Made by a program: the position numbers and the translations under genes. Shown here in pieces: positions 26,385-39,649 of a DNA stretch of 64,000 nucleotides. This DNA is from Octopus vulgaris (lineage: Eukaryota). The notes under the pieces are model-generated. The model worked only from the letters and a program-made list of their open reading frames with translations, ran no database searches and was not told the DNA's origin. Within the stretch, counting starts at the first letter, position 1. Every line of letters starts with the position of its first letter. The stretch covers positions 36,084,001 through 36,148,000 of the forward strand of contig OX597816.1 in the NCBI GenBank assembly GCA_951406725.2, in the 5' to 3' direction.

Positions 26385-27515
26385 TATAAGGTTTTATCCT
26401 GACAATTCTTTGTTTTACAATATTAAAGAGTTACATCATCAATTTTCGAAATGCAATTCATGGCGACTGATTATGTTGTGAGTTTTCACTTGTTAATCAA
26501 TTTTTTTAACCCTTTGATAGATCAAAATTTCGTGTTGTTTAGTAATATGAGTTCCGTCGTGCGACTAATGAATGCCAGATAGCTTCAAACATCAATGACG
26601 TATCTGGTGAAGATGTGATGAATGAGTGAACAGTACGTAAATGGTTTGAGTAGTTTCAGTCTGGTGACTTTACTATTGAAAATCATACCTGTGGTAAACC
26701 TGAGACTATGGCGAATGATGATGAGCTGGAAACTGTAGTGGAAGCAGATATATCTCAAACTACGTATGAGTTAGCAGTAAGATTTAATGATTCGATTCGA
26801 CCTGTATTGGACCATCTGAAACAAACCGGCATGGTAAAGAAGCTGGACTAGTCGGTAGCATACGAATTGAAAGAGCCTCAAACTTTAAACTTTAAACTTG
26901 CCGTTCTTTGCTGTCACAGTATAAAAGCGAACCACGTTTGCATCGTATGGTGAAAAATGGATTCATTTCAACAATAGCCAGCGTTCTGCAGGGTGGTTGG
27001 ATAGAGCCGAAGTGACAAAACACAATCCAAAAAATAATATTCAGCAAATAAAGGTAATGGTGTCTGGTCGGTGGTCCAGCGCTGGTGTCATCTATTACAT
27101 CTTCATGAGACCTTGTAGGTCAATTACAGCGGATGTATCTATCAACCAACTGGATGCAAGGGTGAGCGAACTTGCACTTAAACAACCCAGATTGGTCAAT
27201 ACAGACAAGACAATTCTCTTTCAAGACAACGCTTGACCACATATTGCACAAAGAATGCTACTCAAATTACAAGAACTGAACTTGGAAGTACTCTGTCATC
27301 CATTATTTTCACCAGACATTTTGCCAACTGACTATCACGTTTTGCCGTCATTAGACAACATTTTGCAAGGAGGTAAGTTCAAATTAAAGGATGCAAAAAC
27401 AGCCTTTCGTGCTTTCATCACCTCTTGCACACCAGAACTCTTTGCTGTCAGCATTGATAAGCTACCGATAAAATGGCAAAATTGTGTTGATAATTTAGGT
27501 GCATACTTTTATTAA
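26385..27515 (+). mobile_element. Mariner transposase pseudogene, same family as 4960-6391
   Basis: KVMVSGRWSSAGVIYY, ILFQDNA*PH, LEVLCHPLFSPDILPTDYH, KWQNCVDNLGAYF. Confidence 0.93.
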
Positions 27516-27516
27516 A

Positions 27517-28900
27517 TGACCTGCTGGGTTACCACCGTTGGCTGTGCTACATCATATGATATGTGACATTTGATAAATGACGGAATTTGATACTTCTGCT
27601 CCCATATGTGTTCCCTGCCGTTAGGTAGGGTCATCTAGAACACTGATAGGAGTTCAACCAGTTTTGTTTTGAAGAACACTACATCTAAACTATGTAGGGC
27701 TTGGAACGATATTGAAGACCTGTGTGCCCTTGAAGCCCAAGCTGTTGCAGTATCTTATCCTGCATTTCGATGGCGATGCTGAAATCTTTGGCACTGTGCA
27801 GTGGCGCCCCATTCTGCTGTTTGTGTAACTTTCAAAGCCAAAGTTTGGTATAAGACAGGTTTCCAGATATATATTACTGTATATCTCGCTCACCTTCGTT
27901 CTATGGAGATGAGTTTTAACTCATTCAGCGTTTCCCAGGAGCTGATATATTGCATTGTGACAATATTCCTTGGAATTCTGGGATTTCTTCGTGTTCCGCC
28001 GTTAGTTTTATACTGTGTGGTGACCATAGTTGGTAGCATTATTCAAAGCGGCTGAGGACCTCCAGCGAACAATACTAGTTTCCTCTTCTCTCGTTCTGGA
28101 AATTCGGAGGATCCATCTAGCTTGCTATCTACATCTTATTACTAAAATAGTAATATGCATCTCGAAAGGTGCATGATTACTCATGTCAATACCCAGGTCA
28201 CGCATTGATTTTGATTCAGGGATTGCAAATATCCTGTCTGAATGTCGTTAAGTTTTGTGTGCTGGTAGTGCAGGGATTCGAATATTCCTGCTTTAAATTT
28301 CATGTTATTGTCCTCAGCTCACCTGTATATTGCGGCCAACTACCGCTGAAGATGCGCAATATTTCCAGGATTTTGCATTAACTGAGAGCTTTTGTGTCAT
28401 CTGTATAGCTTGCAAGGGTTGCTATTTCAGCAGCTGAAGGTATACCTGAGAAGGCCATTATAAATAGCAGTTGCCCTTAGACTAATGTCCTGTAGAAGAC
28501 TACTTACTATTTGTGTTTCCTTTCAGGTGGCTCCATTGGTAACCATTGCCTAATATCTACCTTCTAGAAAGTCGGGTAGCCACTCTCCAGCTTTTCCAAC
28601 TATGCCGATATCACGCAATTTGTGACACATCGTACCACGGTCGACATTCGCAAAGGCTTTAGCAAAGTCGATATATATATCACAACCACTCACGAGTGCT
28701 TTGGCAGGTGTTTTATCACCACGTCGTAATGTTTTAAGAGTTGCGTCAGGGAGCTTCTACCTGATCAAAATCCATGCTGAGTGTTAGTCAGCTTGTAATT
28801 TACGTTAAGGATGACGATTAGGTCCTTCCGGACTATTTTTTCCATGATTCTACAGTGTGATTTTGCAGTGTAACCTTCAACATCTTCTCTGCTCCCCCCT
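27517..28900 (-). mobile_element. CR1/L2-group LINE, RT through 3' end, decayed
   Basis: QHGF*SGRSSLTQLLKHYD, IYIDFAKAFANVD, SYTDDTKALS, LSRFE*CYQLWSP, GTQVFNIVP. Confidence 0.88.
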
Positions 28901-29059
28901 TTGTGGATAGGGTATAATTGTTCTTCCCATTTTGCTTTTTATGTTAATATATGTCCACACACACACATACACACCCATATATATATACTTATATCTATAT
29001 CGATATATATATATATATATTACATATATATATATTACATATATATATATATATTACAT

Positions 29060-29441
29060 ATATATAAAATCCGTTCTGTCTGTCTGTGTGTGTATCTTCT
29101 AGGATCTCGGGCATCCTCCATCTGATGGCGCTCAAATTTGATATGTAGATACCGACGGTATCAGGACATGTATAAGTCTTGAAAAAATTACCAAAATCGA
29201 TTCCAAGTGAGAGTGCAATGGATAAAGCCGTGGGAACGTGCATTTTTATTCGCAAGTACATCAGCTGTTGCAATTGATACTACGCGTACGCGAGAAAAAA
29301 TGCACGGTGTCTCAAATTTAGGTTAAAGCAGTGCTTCTCTAAGAGGAGGCCTATGGGACGGTCGGACAAGTTGTTTTGAGAAAATTTGGTTTAAACTTTT
29401 GACAACTCAGCACCGTCCTTTGGACGGGGGCCGTTTTGCTC

Positions 29442-29442
<1 letters not shown>
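29060..29442 (+). mobile_element. Non-autonomous Helitron
   Basis: 5' tatataaaatccgttctgtctgtctgtg; 3' hairpin ccgtcc-ttt-ggacgg followed by ...gCTCG|T. Confidence 0.75.
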
Positions 29443-29493
<51 letters not shown>

Positions 29494-29529
29494 GTAGTTA
29501 TGTGTGGGGGGTGCGTGCGTCTGTGCATG

Positions 29530-29563
<34 letters not shown>

Positions 29564-29914
29564 TGTGTCAAAATACAGAAATAACAGTACACCGATTAGG
29601 TGCTCTAACTTTAATTGCTCGCTATGAATAAATGTTGGTTTATGAATAATAGAATGAAATTTGAACATGCAGTTGCAGGGCATCCAATTAATTTGTAAGT
29701 TATTTATCCAACATATTCAAGAGAGTAGGATTATATAGTTAGACATATATAAATATATAGCCAGAAACCAGGAGATATAAGAAAAGTGGAAAGTCATATT
29801 CATTCGGCGTAGCCCGGTACAATCCAGGATGAGTTAAAACAGAATATTGTTCTGCACACATGTACATATACATATGAAAGCATACATGTCTATCTAGGTA
29901 TATATTCTGTGTCT

Positions 29915-30195
29915 TCGTGGTTTGTGTATTAGGTTCACGATCGTAAAGTGAGTTCAATTCCTGGCGGTGTGTTGTGTCCTTGAGCAAGACCCTTTATTTC
30001 ACGTTGCTCCGATTCACTCAGTTGGCGAAGATGAGTAGAACCTGTAATTCAAATAGACAGCCTTGTCACATGCGGTGCTACGCTGAATTTCCCTGAGAAC
30101 TAGGTTAAGTGTACATGCATCTTTGGATAGCTTAGCGACTTGCACGCTCATTTCACGAGGAGGCTGTTTCGATGATCCCTTGAAATCGGAACCGT
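29915..30195 (+). mobile_element. CORE-type SINE family C (diverged)
   Basis: gagttcaattcc...ttgtgtccttgagcaagac...ctgagaactaggttaag. Confidence 0.8.
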
Positions 30196-30221
30196 CATAC
30201 ATATTCATATACATACACACA

Positions 30222-30410
30222 TACGAAGGGTGCTGAAACGTTCTTGGCTTTCGGTAAAGGACAATACGTGAGGATCAGTTAATTTCGATTTTATTCAACA
30301 TATTCCCATCTTTGATTCACACTATTGCAGCGGTCCTTTAAATTTTCTATGTTCTGTAAAAGAACTTGGGGCGGTTTGAACCTCTACCTAGACATTTTAC
30401 GAGACCTTAA
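30222..30410 (-). mobile_element. Mariner terminal fragment
   Basis: tacgaagggtgctgaaacgttc TIR-like end; minus strand resembles a transposase C-terminus ending EYVE*. Confidence 0.6.
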
Positions 30411-30552
30411 GATCGTGTACACATACACACACACACACGCTCGCACGTATGCACACACACGTTCGCATGTATGCGCACACACGCTCACACGTATGCACAC
30501 ACACACATACACACACACATATATATAATGTAAATTCAATTATACAGACTAT

Positions 30553-30940
30553 GTGGAGGCGCAATGGTCCAGTGGTTAGGGCAGCGGACTCGCGGCCATA
30601 GGATCGCGGTTTCGATTCCCAGACCGGACGTTGCGAGTGTGTATTGAGCGAAAACACCTAAAGCTCCACGAGGCTCCGGCAGGGGATGGTGGTGATTCCT
30701 GCTGTACTCTTTCACCACAACTTTCTCTCACTCTCACTTCCTGTTTCTGTTGTACCTGTATTTCAAAGGACCGGCCTTGTCACTCTCTGTGAGACGCTGA
30801 ATATCCCCGAGAACTACGTTAAGGGTACACGTGTCTGTGGAGTGCTCAGCCACTTCCACGTTAATTTCACGAGCAAGCTGTTCCGTTGATTCGGATCAAC
30901 CGGAACCCTCGTCGTCGTAACCGACGGAGTGCTTCCATCC
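30553..30940 (+). mobile_element. Young tRNA-derived SINE related to family C, with 11 bp TSD
   Basis: tggtccagtggttag (A box), ggtttcgattccc (B box); atacagactat at 30542-30552 and 30941-30951. Confidence 0.93.
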
Positions 30941-31829
30941 ATACAGACTATAGCGTAATGATGTTTAGGTGGCATAATACAACATCGCATTACATTGTTA
31001 TAATATGTAAATAATTAGGTTTTATTGTGCATGATGATGTTGCAGATTACATTGCAGATAAATTTCATACTTTGTTTTTCGCATGCAAAAATGCTAATAT
31101 TCTTAACACATTCTCCTATAATAAATTATCAAAGTGTACGTTGATTTTTAACTGAATTTCCCTTCTCCTTTAAAACGAAATTTCATTTACCGATCTTGAT
31201 ATAAATCACAATGTAATTATGTGATATAAAATATATGATTTCTAATATGCAGATTGTAACTGATACTTTGTTCTTCAACCTGTATGCATACATGCCGCCC
31301 AAAAGAATTATAAGAAAAATTATATGTTAAAGAACCTTGTTCTTACGCGATACGTATTTGTGATATTATCCTAAAATGATAAGCTATTTTAACTATATTT
31401 TACAAAAATATAGTTGTGTGTCTAATTATACTAATTTTTATGCAGTAGTTTCAATATGCCAAGAATAATTCTTCGCTAATTAGAGATGTTTCAGTATTTA
31501 ACTTGATTTCCTTTTAAATAATAATTGGATAATAGTGATGACTAACTAGTCATCCTATATCTAACAATGTTTAAATTTACTTGACAGTTGCTATTAAATC
31601 CTTTTCGTGCCGCACAAATTTTATGATATCTAAAAGAGAAATTAATTGCGATGCGAAACAATATTGATTATGTATATATACACCTAAATACATACGTACA
31701 TACATACATATAGACATATATACATACATGAAAGCATGCATACACCCATACACGCACGCACACATACATATATACATACATACATACATACATACCTACA
31801 CGCACGCAAACATATACATATATAGACTG

Positions 31830-33480
31830 TTTCCGCTATATTACTGATGAGGAATGTTGTAGGTATCTAGGAGTGGATGAAAACATACCTTACAGTGGCA
31901 CCTCTAACGAAACGCGTGTCACTGAAGAATATTACAGTCGACTAAAGAAAATTTGATCCTCGGAACTCTCTGCATTCAATAAAACAGTGGACCACAATGT
32001 TTTTGCAGTGCCAATGTTCATACCAACATCTGGGCTGCTTGACCGGATGCTTGATGAGATCCGATTCATTGATCTGAAAACCCGGGAAATACTAACAAGC
32101 ACACATAATTTCCCCATAAACAGTAACGTAGATCGCCACTACCTAAAACGTAAACAAGGCGGTAGATGTTTAACATAGATACAAAATGCCTTTGGAAGTC
32201 GTAACGTATCTCTTCGGCAACATCCTGTAACCACCAAGTGTTGAAGTGCATCTCTTGCCCAAGTTTGCATACATGAGGCTAACATCATAAGAATTGGACG
32301 GCAGCTCATTGAGCAGCATTTCTTGTCTGATAACCTTATATACATGCCTAAAGAAGTTGCACGGCTCTACCACAAATTACCCTTTTCTTCTCTAGACACA
32401 AGATCCGAAATCTTTCTGGAACGGGCTAGTCAATTAGAACGACCCCAGTACGCAACTGATACTTAATTTATCCAACCCGAAAAGATGAAAGGCAAAGTCG
32501 ACCTCGGTCGATCTACCGCATAGTATCATCAGATTAAAGGACGAGCATGTATGAGCAGAAGACCATGCACAGTAATGTTAGCCAATCATCGAACAACAAC
32601 CGAAATATTACATGCCACATTGAAGAGTAAGGGTTTGCAATCCAGTACCAGAAAATATGAACCAAAAATCTGATGCATAAAAGAGACAGAGATGCAGGAA
32701 AAACAGTAAAATGTGGCAAGTGATGCATCCTTTGTGGAGTTAACACGGAAGCTATCATCCACATCATAAGCAGTTGTCCAAAAATATCATCACGGTATTA
32801 TCTCCACATGAGATATGATGCTAGAGTTAGGACACTGTATAACAAGATACGTCGAACGCATAACACAGAGGACAGGGAAATAAACAACCAAAGTACAGTG
32901 CAAGCCACAGGCACCCATAATAAAAATGGAGTACTGGTGAAAACCTTAATAAAATGAAAAACAATAGACCTCATATAATGATTTGGGACAGAGAAGAGAA
33001 ACTGTGTAAAAGTTGTGGAAATCAGTTGCCCAGCGGATGATAACATAACGGTGAAGATCAGGGAAAAAGAAAATACATACGCTGAACTATTGAGGAATCT
33101 GCAGTTACTCTGATCAGATTACTAGTTCAGCGTTATACCTGTAATTATTGGGGCACTGAGATATGTAATACACTGCCAAAATACGAATCTTAAGAAATTC
33201 GGCTTCTCAAAACCAGAAAAAAACTGATTCGAGGACTACAGATCCAATTCATCATTGGAATTGTACAAATCCGTATATATATATGAGAATATCTAGATAT
33301 GCAAGTATGAATGTGAAGACATACATAAAGCAAAACATACTAATCTACACGTGTACATACATGCATACATATATTACATAATACAGTTGACGTTGAAATT
33401 CCGACGAAGGAGGTTTAGATCTGGTTTAGAAACCGGTTCTGTCTCTATTGGCGAGAAAGCTTGAAATAAAACTGAATAAT
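31830..33480 (+). mobile_element. R4/Dong-clade LINE 3' part (thumb, CCHC knuckle, restriction-like endonuclease), split by a family B SINE at ~32383-32512
   Basis: RYLGVDEN, RHYLKRKQGGRCL, CILCGVNTEAIIHIISSC, NRPHIMIWD...VVEISCP...K, VIPVIIGAL. Confidence 0.9.
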
Positions 33481-34251
33481 GACATACATGCTAATGTATG
33501 TGTGCGGGTGTGTTTGTGTGTGGTATATATATATATTTATCTACTAACATTTTTTGAAGCAGTAGAATTACTAAAAGCTAGGTTTCGAGCGTTGGCACTT
33601 GAACCATTATGTTGCTTTTACTAAATAATAATAAATAATATGCATATATCATATTCTAAATCGTATTTTTCCTGTTTACATCACCAATCCTATAATTCCA
33701 TTCTACATACACTGCAACACAGCAAACCCGGCTACTAACCGATACGAGAAAACATTACAACCTTCTATTTTTAACTGAAAGTTGTTTTTTATACCTTGTA
33801 AGAATTGCTCGAAGGTTATTTAAGAAACAGAGAATGAACAAGCAAAACATTTCAGAACATTGAAATTATAATTTCAATATAGTGCAGGTTATTTGCAATA
33901 AATACGTTAGTATGAAATATAGGCGTTAACTCTATATGGTTGTTGCAAAATAGTTGAGAATGTGGGGCATATATTGCTGAGTAAAGTTTCGCGTAAGATA
34001 ATTATGACGTTACTAGAAATAAATAGTAACTTTTGTTATCTTTAAAGAGTAACTCCTACATGTATTTTAACCAAAGATTCGATGTAAGGTTTTTCCTCGA
34101 CTTTTATAATTTTATATTTTATATTGAACTCATTTTTGTTTATCGCTCGAATATGACCGTTATTTGAAAGGACCATTCAAACAAGTCCATTTTTAAAGGT
34201 GTAACGTTTATACTAGTCTTGATAGAATTGTCATATCGGTTCTATTTTAAC

Positions 34252-34298
34252 AAAACTGTCCGACAAACGGGAACGTGAAACTCCGAGTAACAAGTTTT
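34252..34298 (+). ncRNA. Minimal type I hammerhead (CCGAC(G>A)A core)
   Basis: aaaactgt-CCGACAA-acg ggaa cgt-GAAA-ctccgag-TA-aca(a)gtttt, about 30 nt upstream of (TA)n. Confidence 0.7.
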
Positions 34299-34325
34299 GT
34301 TTAACTTCTGGTGCTTTTAAATAAA

Positions 34326-34392
<67 letters not shown>

Positions 34393-34552
34393 ATTATTTA
34401 TATATACATGCACACACATACATACACATATATATATACATATGCATATGTATATATATGTATGTATATAAATATATATGTGTATATGTATATATAAGTA
34501 TGAATGTATGTATATATATATATACATATACATATGTATATGTATACACAAG

Positions 34553-34628
<76 letters not shown>

Positions 34629-34659
34629 GAGAAGGTATATATAAATATATATAAATAAA

Positions 34660-35257
34660 AACAAGGTAAAAGTTATATTTTTCATTCCTTTTGAAAATTG
34701 CTCCTAAAATATGGTTGTGGTCGTTTTGACTGCTTCTTCTAGCGTGTAAAAATTGCCTCCTAAAGGTAGTTTTCTCTTCTGTTTTATATTCATAATTTGT
34801 TGTCTATTGACTCTTTATACATGCTAGGCCACTGGTGGTGAAATTTCTAAAAATATTCAATACCCTATATAATTCTACGAATGTGATCTCAGCTTTTCGC
34901 ATTTCGGTTCGGCAGTTGTCATTTTACTGCCCACCGAAGCTGCACTTGAGCGGTGAATTTTTAAAAAATTATAACATGTAATGATAAGTCACGTGTTATT
35001 TGTCTCCAAATTATATGTAAATTGTTAAGACACGATTACTGATGAGGATTCACCTAGCAAATTATTTTATTTGCTAAAATAATAGGAAACCTAGGTATGG
35101 CTGTAAAAGTTTCTATTTTTCATTCCCTTCGAAAATTGCTCTTAAAATGTGGTTTTAGTCGTTTTTACTGCTTCTTCTAGCGAGTAAAATTTACCTATTA
35201 AATTTAGTTTTTTTTCTTGTGTTTTAATGTATACTTTTTTATATTGAGAATTTGTTG

Positions 35258-35260
<3 letters not shown>
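34660..35260 (+). mobile_element. Retrozyme/solo pseudo-LTR-like module: 437 bp monomer plus ~120 bp second copy, between (TA)n tracts
   Basis: 34666-34785 is repeated at 35103-35225, with the HHR immediately before the second copy. Confidence 0.8.
35032..35104 (+). ncRNA. Type I hammerhead ribozyme with canonical core
   Basis: acgatta-CTGATGA-ggattcacc tagcaaat..atttgcta aaataatag-GAAA-CCTAGG-TA-tggctgt. ACCTAGGT palindrome, GUA site; stem I and the base of stem II are eroded. Confidence 0.75.
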
Positions 35261-35318
<58 letters not shown>

Positions 35319-35495
35319 GTTACTATTGTTAATATTATCCTTGGTGAATGTTTTCAAATTGATAATATCAACAGCAGCAACATAAGCGGTTCTAAAGTTT
35401 AATACCATTATATAGCTATAAAATCTAAGATTAGCACGAAGCATAAGAATGCGGGAAGTATCACCCTGTTTAGAAATAAGAGCTAAATCCACAAT

Positions 35496-35820
35496 CAACC
35501 GCCGGTTTTCAACCAAAATAACAGAAAATAACAGTAAGTGAGGAAACGGATAAAGAATGAAGACTTTAAAGCATACCCCTACAGATTATGCCATTCAGAT
35601 GCTCGTACACCATGGTTTCGCGTTATGGCCCAATGCGCCTCAGACCTCTTGAATATGAGTTACTGGGAAGAAATTCTAAATCCACCCATTGAGCCAGAAC
35701 CATAGTATATGAACATTTGAATGGCATAATCTGTAGAGGTATGCTTTTTAATCTCTTAATTCTTTATCTGTTTCCCCGTTTACTGTTATTTTCTGTTATT
35801 TTGGTGCCATCCGGCGGTTG
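35496..35820. repeat. Diverged inverted repeat (~130 bp arms) at the 5' junction of a PLE
   Basis: caaccgccgg...aaaataacagaaaataacagtaa...ctacagattatgccattca versus its reverse complement at 35697-35820. Confidence 0.9.
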
Positions 35821-37060
35821 TTCCTAGGAAGAACATGGAAGATTACAACATCATTTACCAAAACATAGCCTTCCTTAAGAAGGACTTGTGAATGACAAAG
35901 GCACTGGAAGCACATAAGATTATTAAAAGCAAGAGAAAATGCGTGTATATCTATATACAAGCGTGTATATATACAAATTCCAAATTACACACCAATGCTA
36001 CAAACCCACAAGTCAAAAGTTGCAGGCGCTCTAACTGCGTAACTTGCACCTTCCTCTTAGAGGGCGAAACATGCAAATTTAAGTCAGATGAAACTTTTAC
36101 CTTAAAAAATCTCTTCACCTGTGCTTCGAAGAACTTAATCTATATTCACAAATGTGGAGTGTGTGGTGGAGACTACATAGGTCAAACTAGTTTAACCTTG
36201 AGGCAAATACTAACGGTGCACAGGCAACAAATCCGGGACCGCACGACCAGAAAAATCCCCGTAAGCAAACACCTAGACCACTGCCCCGTAAGCATAAATC
36301 CGAAATAACACATCTTCCCTCTCTATCAATGCACCGGAAACACTTCAACCCATTCCGTATAAGGAAAGCATACTCATTAAAAAGTATAAACCACAGCTAA
36401 ATATTCTTTAGAAAGAAGAAAATATACTTAAGATAAGAAGGGAAAATACTCAATTTCTCCACAAAAAAATCAGTAGATACAACCGACAAAAAAAACCCAC
36501 TTTAGTAACAGTCTTCCAACCAGGTTTCGAAACCACAACTCAAATTCCCCATACAAGCACCAGTTGTCCAAGTCACCTGGGTCTAGACCAATGGAATATT
36601 ACGAAGAACGGTTGCTATCGTCATCTAACTCTAGACCAATGAAATTTTACCTCTGCTCATACCCGAACTTGAGCAACTACAACAAAATGACCCTTTAAGA
36701 GAATCAGCCAACTGGAACGGCTGATGACCATTCCCTACAGGGAAGCCAACAAGGCAGAACGACAAACCTGACCACCAGAAAAACAAGACGTCAGCAGTAC
36801 TTTAGTGAATCAAATATCAGATCCGTTCGTGGAAAAATTATAACTACACCGGATTCCAAAAACACCGTTACAAGTGAAAGTTCCTGCCCACGACTGAAAG
36901 AGAATCACAGAAACTGTAAACCAAATCCTTTTTTTTTTACTAACTTCATTTCTCCCTTGTTTTTCTCTCTCTTAACTATGATGGTATTCATTTCCTATCG
37001 ACTACTACTAACGCTATTTAATTCTGTACATTTAAAAAAGTTGATCAACAATTTTTTTTA
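35821..37060 (+). mobile_element. Penelope-like element 3' part (Neptune-type GIY-YIG) plus pseudo-LTR
   Basis: CRRSNCVTCTF, CASKNLIYIHKCGVCGGDYIGQT, HRQQIRD, KYKPQLN; repeated tagaccaatg boxes at ~36585 and ~36633. Confidence 0.88.
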
Positions 37061-37429
37061 TATTATTGACAATTATGAATATTTAAACTTGTCAACATTG
37101 AAACTTTCCAATATGTTTTTCCAATTCATAATTCTAAATTTGTCTGCTAGATATAAACTTGTCAACATTGAAACTTTTAAACATGGTTTTCTAATTCATA
37201 ATTCAAAAGTTTTACAATTGATAAAGAAAAAAATATTGTTGAAACTAGTTCGGTATATATCTAAATAAATTTATTTTAACACAATTACAAGTTTTTCAAA
37301 TGTAGGTGCATTTTCAACAGCAGATTTGCCCATATTTTTCGTGTGTGGAAATATTTCCTGTGTGGAAATACACCCCTCTTTTTTTACATGTATAGTCTGA
37401 TATGATATTTCGGAATAAAATTACTTCTT

Positions 37430-38880
37430 CACATATCCCTAGGAATTGATGGGGTCGCTGCTATAATCGGTTTTCCAACGATTTTTCTTTGTTTTGTGGG
37501 AAGCGTTTCAGCAGTAGTCTCACGAAGCTCCTTTCGGAATTCCTCAAGAGAAGTGCGTGAGTTCGGCCATATCTCAATCTCGTGTGTGCTGGTACATTCT
37601 TAGCATTGCTTCCAAGTTATGTGCTATACGTGCAGCTTCCATTTTCCCCTTCCTCTTTTTTGTCTTTTTTTGTGATAAACAATAAATGAACATGTTATCA
37701 AAAATGAACAAACACGTATTCAGATGCAGCTAAATAATATATTGATTACCAATCTCCAACCTGTTGTAAATTTGGGGACCTAGTCTCTGTATGTGTATAG
37801 CTTTCTTAATTTTTAAATTACCCAAATTTCCTTCATTGGCCCGAGTTGTGACTGTTATGCTTTGTGGCGTTCCGGCATCTGTCTAGATGATTTCTGAAGG
37901 AGGTGACTCTCGTGTTCAAATGTTCTTTGATGCGGACATGAAACGGTCTTGTTGCGCTACCCATATAGAACTTGTTGCATTTGTTACATTGTATTCTATA
38001 CTCAACATTTACCCGTTGCAAAAAATCTGTGTCACGGATGGGACAGTTTGTTAGCGTGCATTGATTGTTGTCCCTTGTTCGTTTCTTTGCGAGGTGTCTT
38101 CTCAGAGATGGACCGGAGTGGACTATCTGTATGTTTGGCCCTTCTCTTCTTATGGCTTCTCGGATGGCTGTAGTTATCCTCTCGCTAAAATGGAGTATTT
38201 TAAAGTAGCATGTGTTGCTGGGTTTTCTATGTGTTCCGCGTGTTGGCCGATTTACAATGAATCTAAGGTACTCGTTGGTTTTCAACATTTTTAGGAAGCG
38301 AATAGTGAGGGTCACCGTGTCCTCTGTCCTGCTGCACTTGCCCTGGTTTCACGCAAGTTCACTATCCTATTTTGGCACCGAGTGGAAGTGCTGAATTGTA
38401 CTAGATAAACATATCTCTACTGCCTGCTTCCTGTAGAACTCGGTGCGGATCTCGCATTCTTTCGTTATATTCAGTTGCATGTCAAGTACTGATAGTGATC
38501 CAGTGAGGTTGGATGTTCTTTAGTGAACTTAATGCTCATGCCCATGTTATTGAACGGCGTGAATATTCTGTCAGCCTCTTCACGGGAGGATGTGAGTATG
38601 GGTATGTCATCAACGTACCTGGTGAAGAAGTCGTATGAGCAGCGGATGGTTCATATAAGTGATGGCTAGTGAGCCCGAGAGACTGGATCCCATGGGGAGA
38701 CCTGTTGTTTCTTTGTATATGTGGTCCTGGATAGAGAAGCAGGTGTTGTCCACGATGATGGACAAAAATTTGATGTATGCCTGCTGCGGTAAGTCCGAAC
38801 CATTGGATGTCGGACGCTGTTATGAAGTCAGTCAATAGGTTGCATGCTGAGTGTGCTGGCACCGTTATTTACATTCAGAC
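37430..38880 (-). mobile_element. Penelope/Poseidon-type element, decayed RT + GIY-YIG
   Basis: GLPMGSSLSGSLAITYMN, FTRYVDDI, NVEYRIQCNKCNKFYMGSATRPFHVRIKEH. Confidence 0.88.
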
Positions 38881-38919
38881 AACGGCAAGATTAAAACAAT
38901 AATCAAGACTTATAGCATA

Positions 38920-38992
<73 letters not shown>

Positions 38993-39050
38993 GCATATAT
39001 ATACATATATATACATATATATACATGCAATAATCAAGACTTATAGCATA

Positions 39051-39125
<75 letters not shown>

Positions 39126-39649
39126 ATACAGTGATGGCCAAAAGTATATACTGACCTACTTCATCAAATACTTAGAAACGAATGCCTGCACACAAACACA
39201 CACACGCACGCTCTCACGCACACACACACACACGAGCACACACACACACATACACTCTTATACATATACGTGTGTACGTGAGTAATATATATTTGCAGGT
39301 ATGAATATATGATAGAAAGCCAGATAAATATAGATGCAGATATACAGGGTGAGCGAAGCAGAGGGAGAGAGAGAGAGAGTGAGGGTAGATAGGTAGATAA
39401 TGTGGCAAGTGCTCACATCCCAAATATCTATCGGGTACATAGTTATTAATGCATTCGACATTTCTGGATATCTTGCTGATTGGATTTGAAATGTCACATC
39501 CATATGATTATGCTTGCGTGTATGTATGCTTGTGTGCGCATATATATATGTATATATCAGTAATCGCACACACATATATATGTGTGTGTATATGTATGTA
39601 TATATGTGATATTCATGTACATAAGTAACTGAAATAGTATTTATATTGT

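Noticed and set aside
30553-30630. tRNA gene
   Set aside because: tRNA-like head of a SINE with body and TSD; no proper acceptor stem.
33390-33445. ccgacga...GAAACCGGTT as a hammerhead in the Dong 3' UTR
   Set aside because: No convincing stem I or stem II pairing.
36721-36920. Expected HHR in the second PLE pseudo-LTR (CTGATGA at 36721)
   Set aside because: A hairpin follows but no correctly placed GAAA/NUH; too decayed to call.
38899-39060. Exact ~30 bp direct repeat aataatcaagacttatagcatactctc before two TA tracts
   Set aside because: Most simply slippage or an assembly duplication at a microsatellite.
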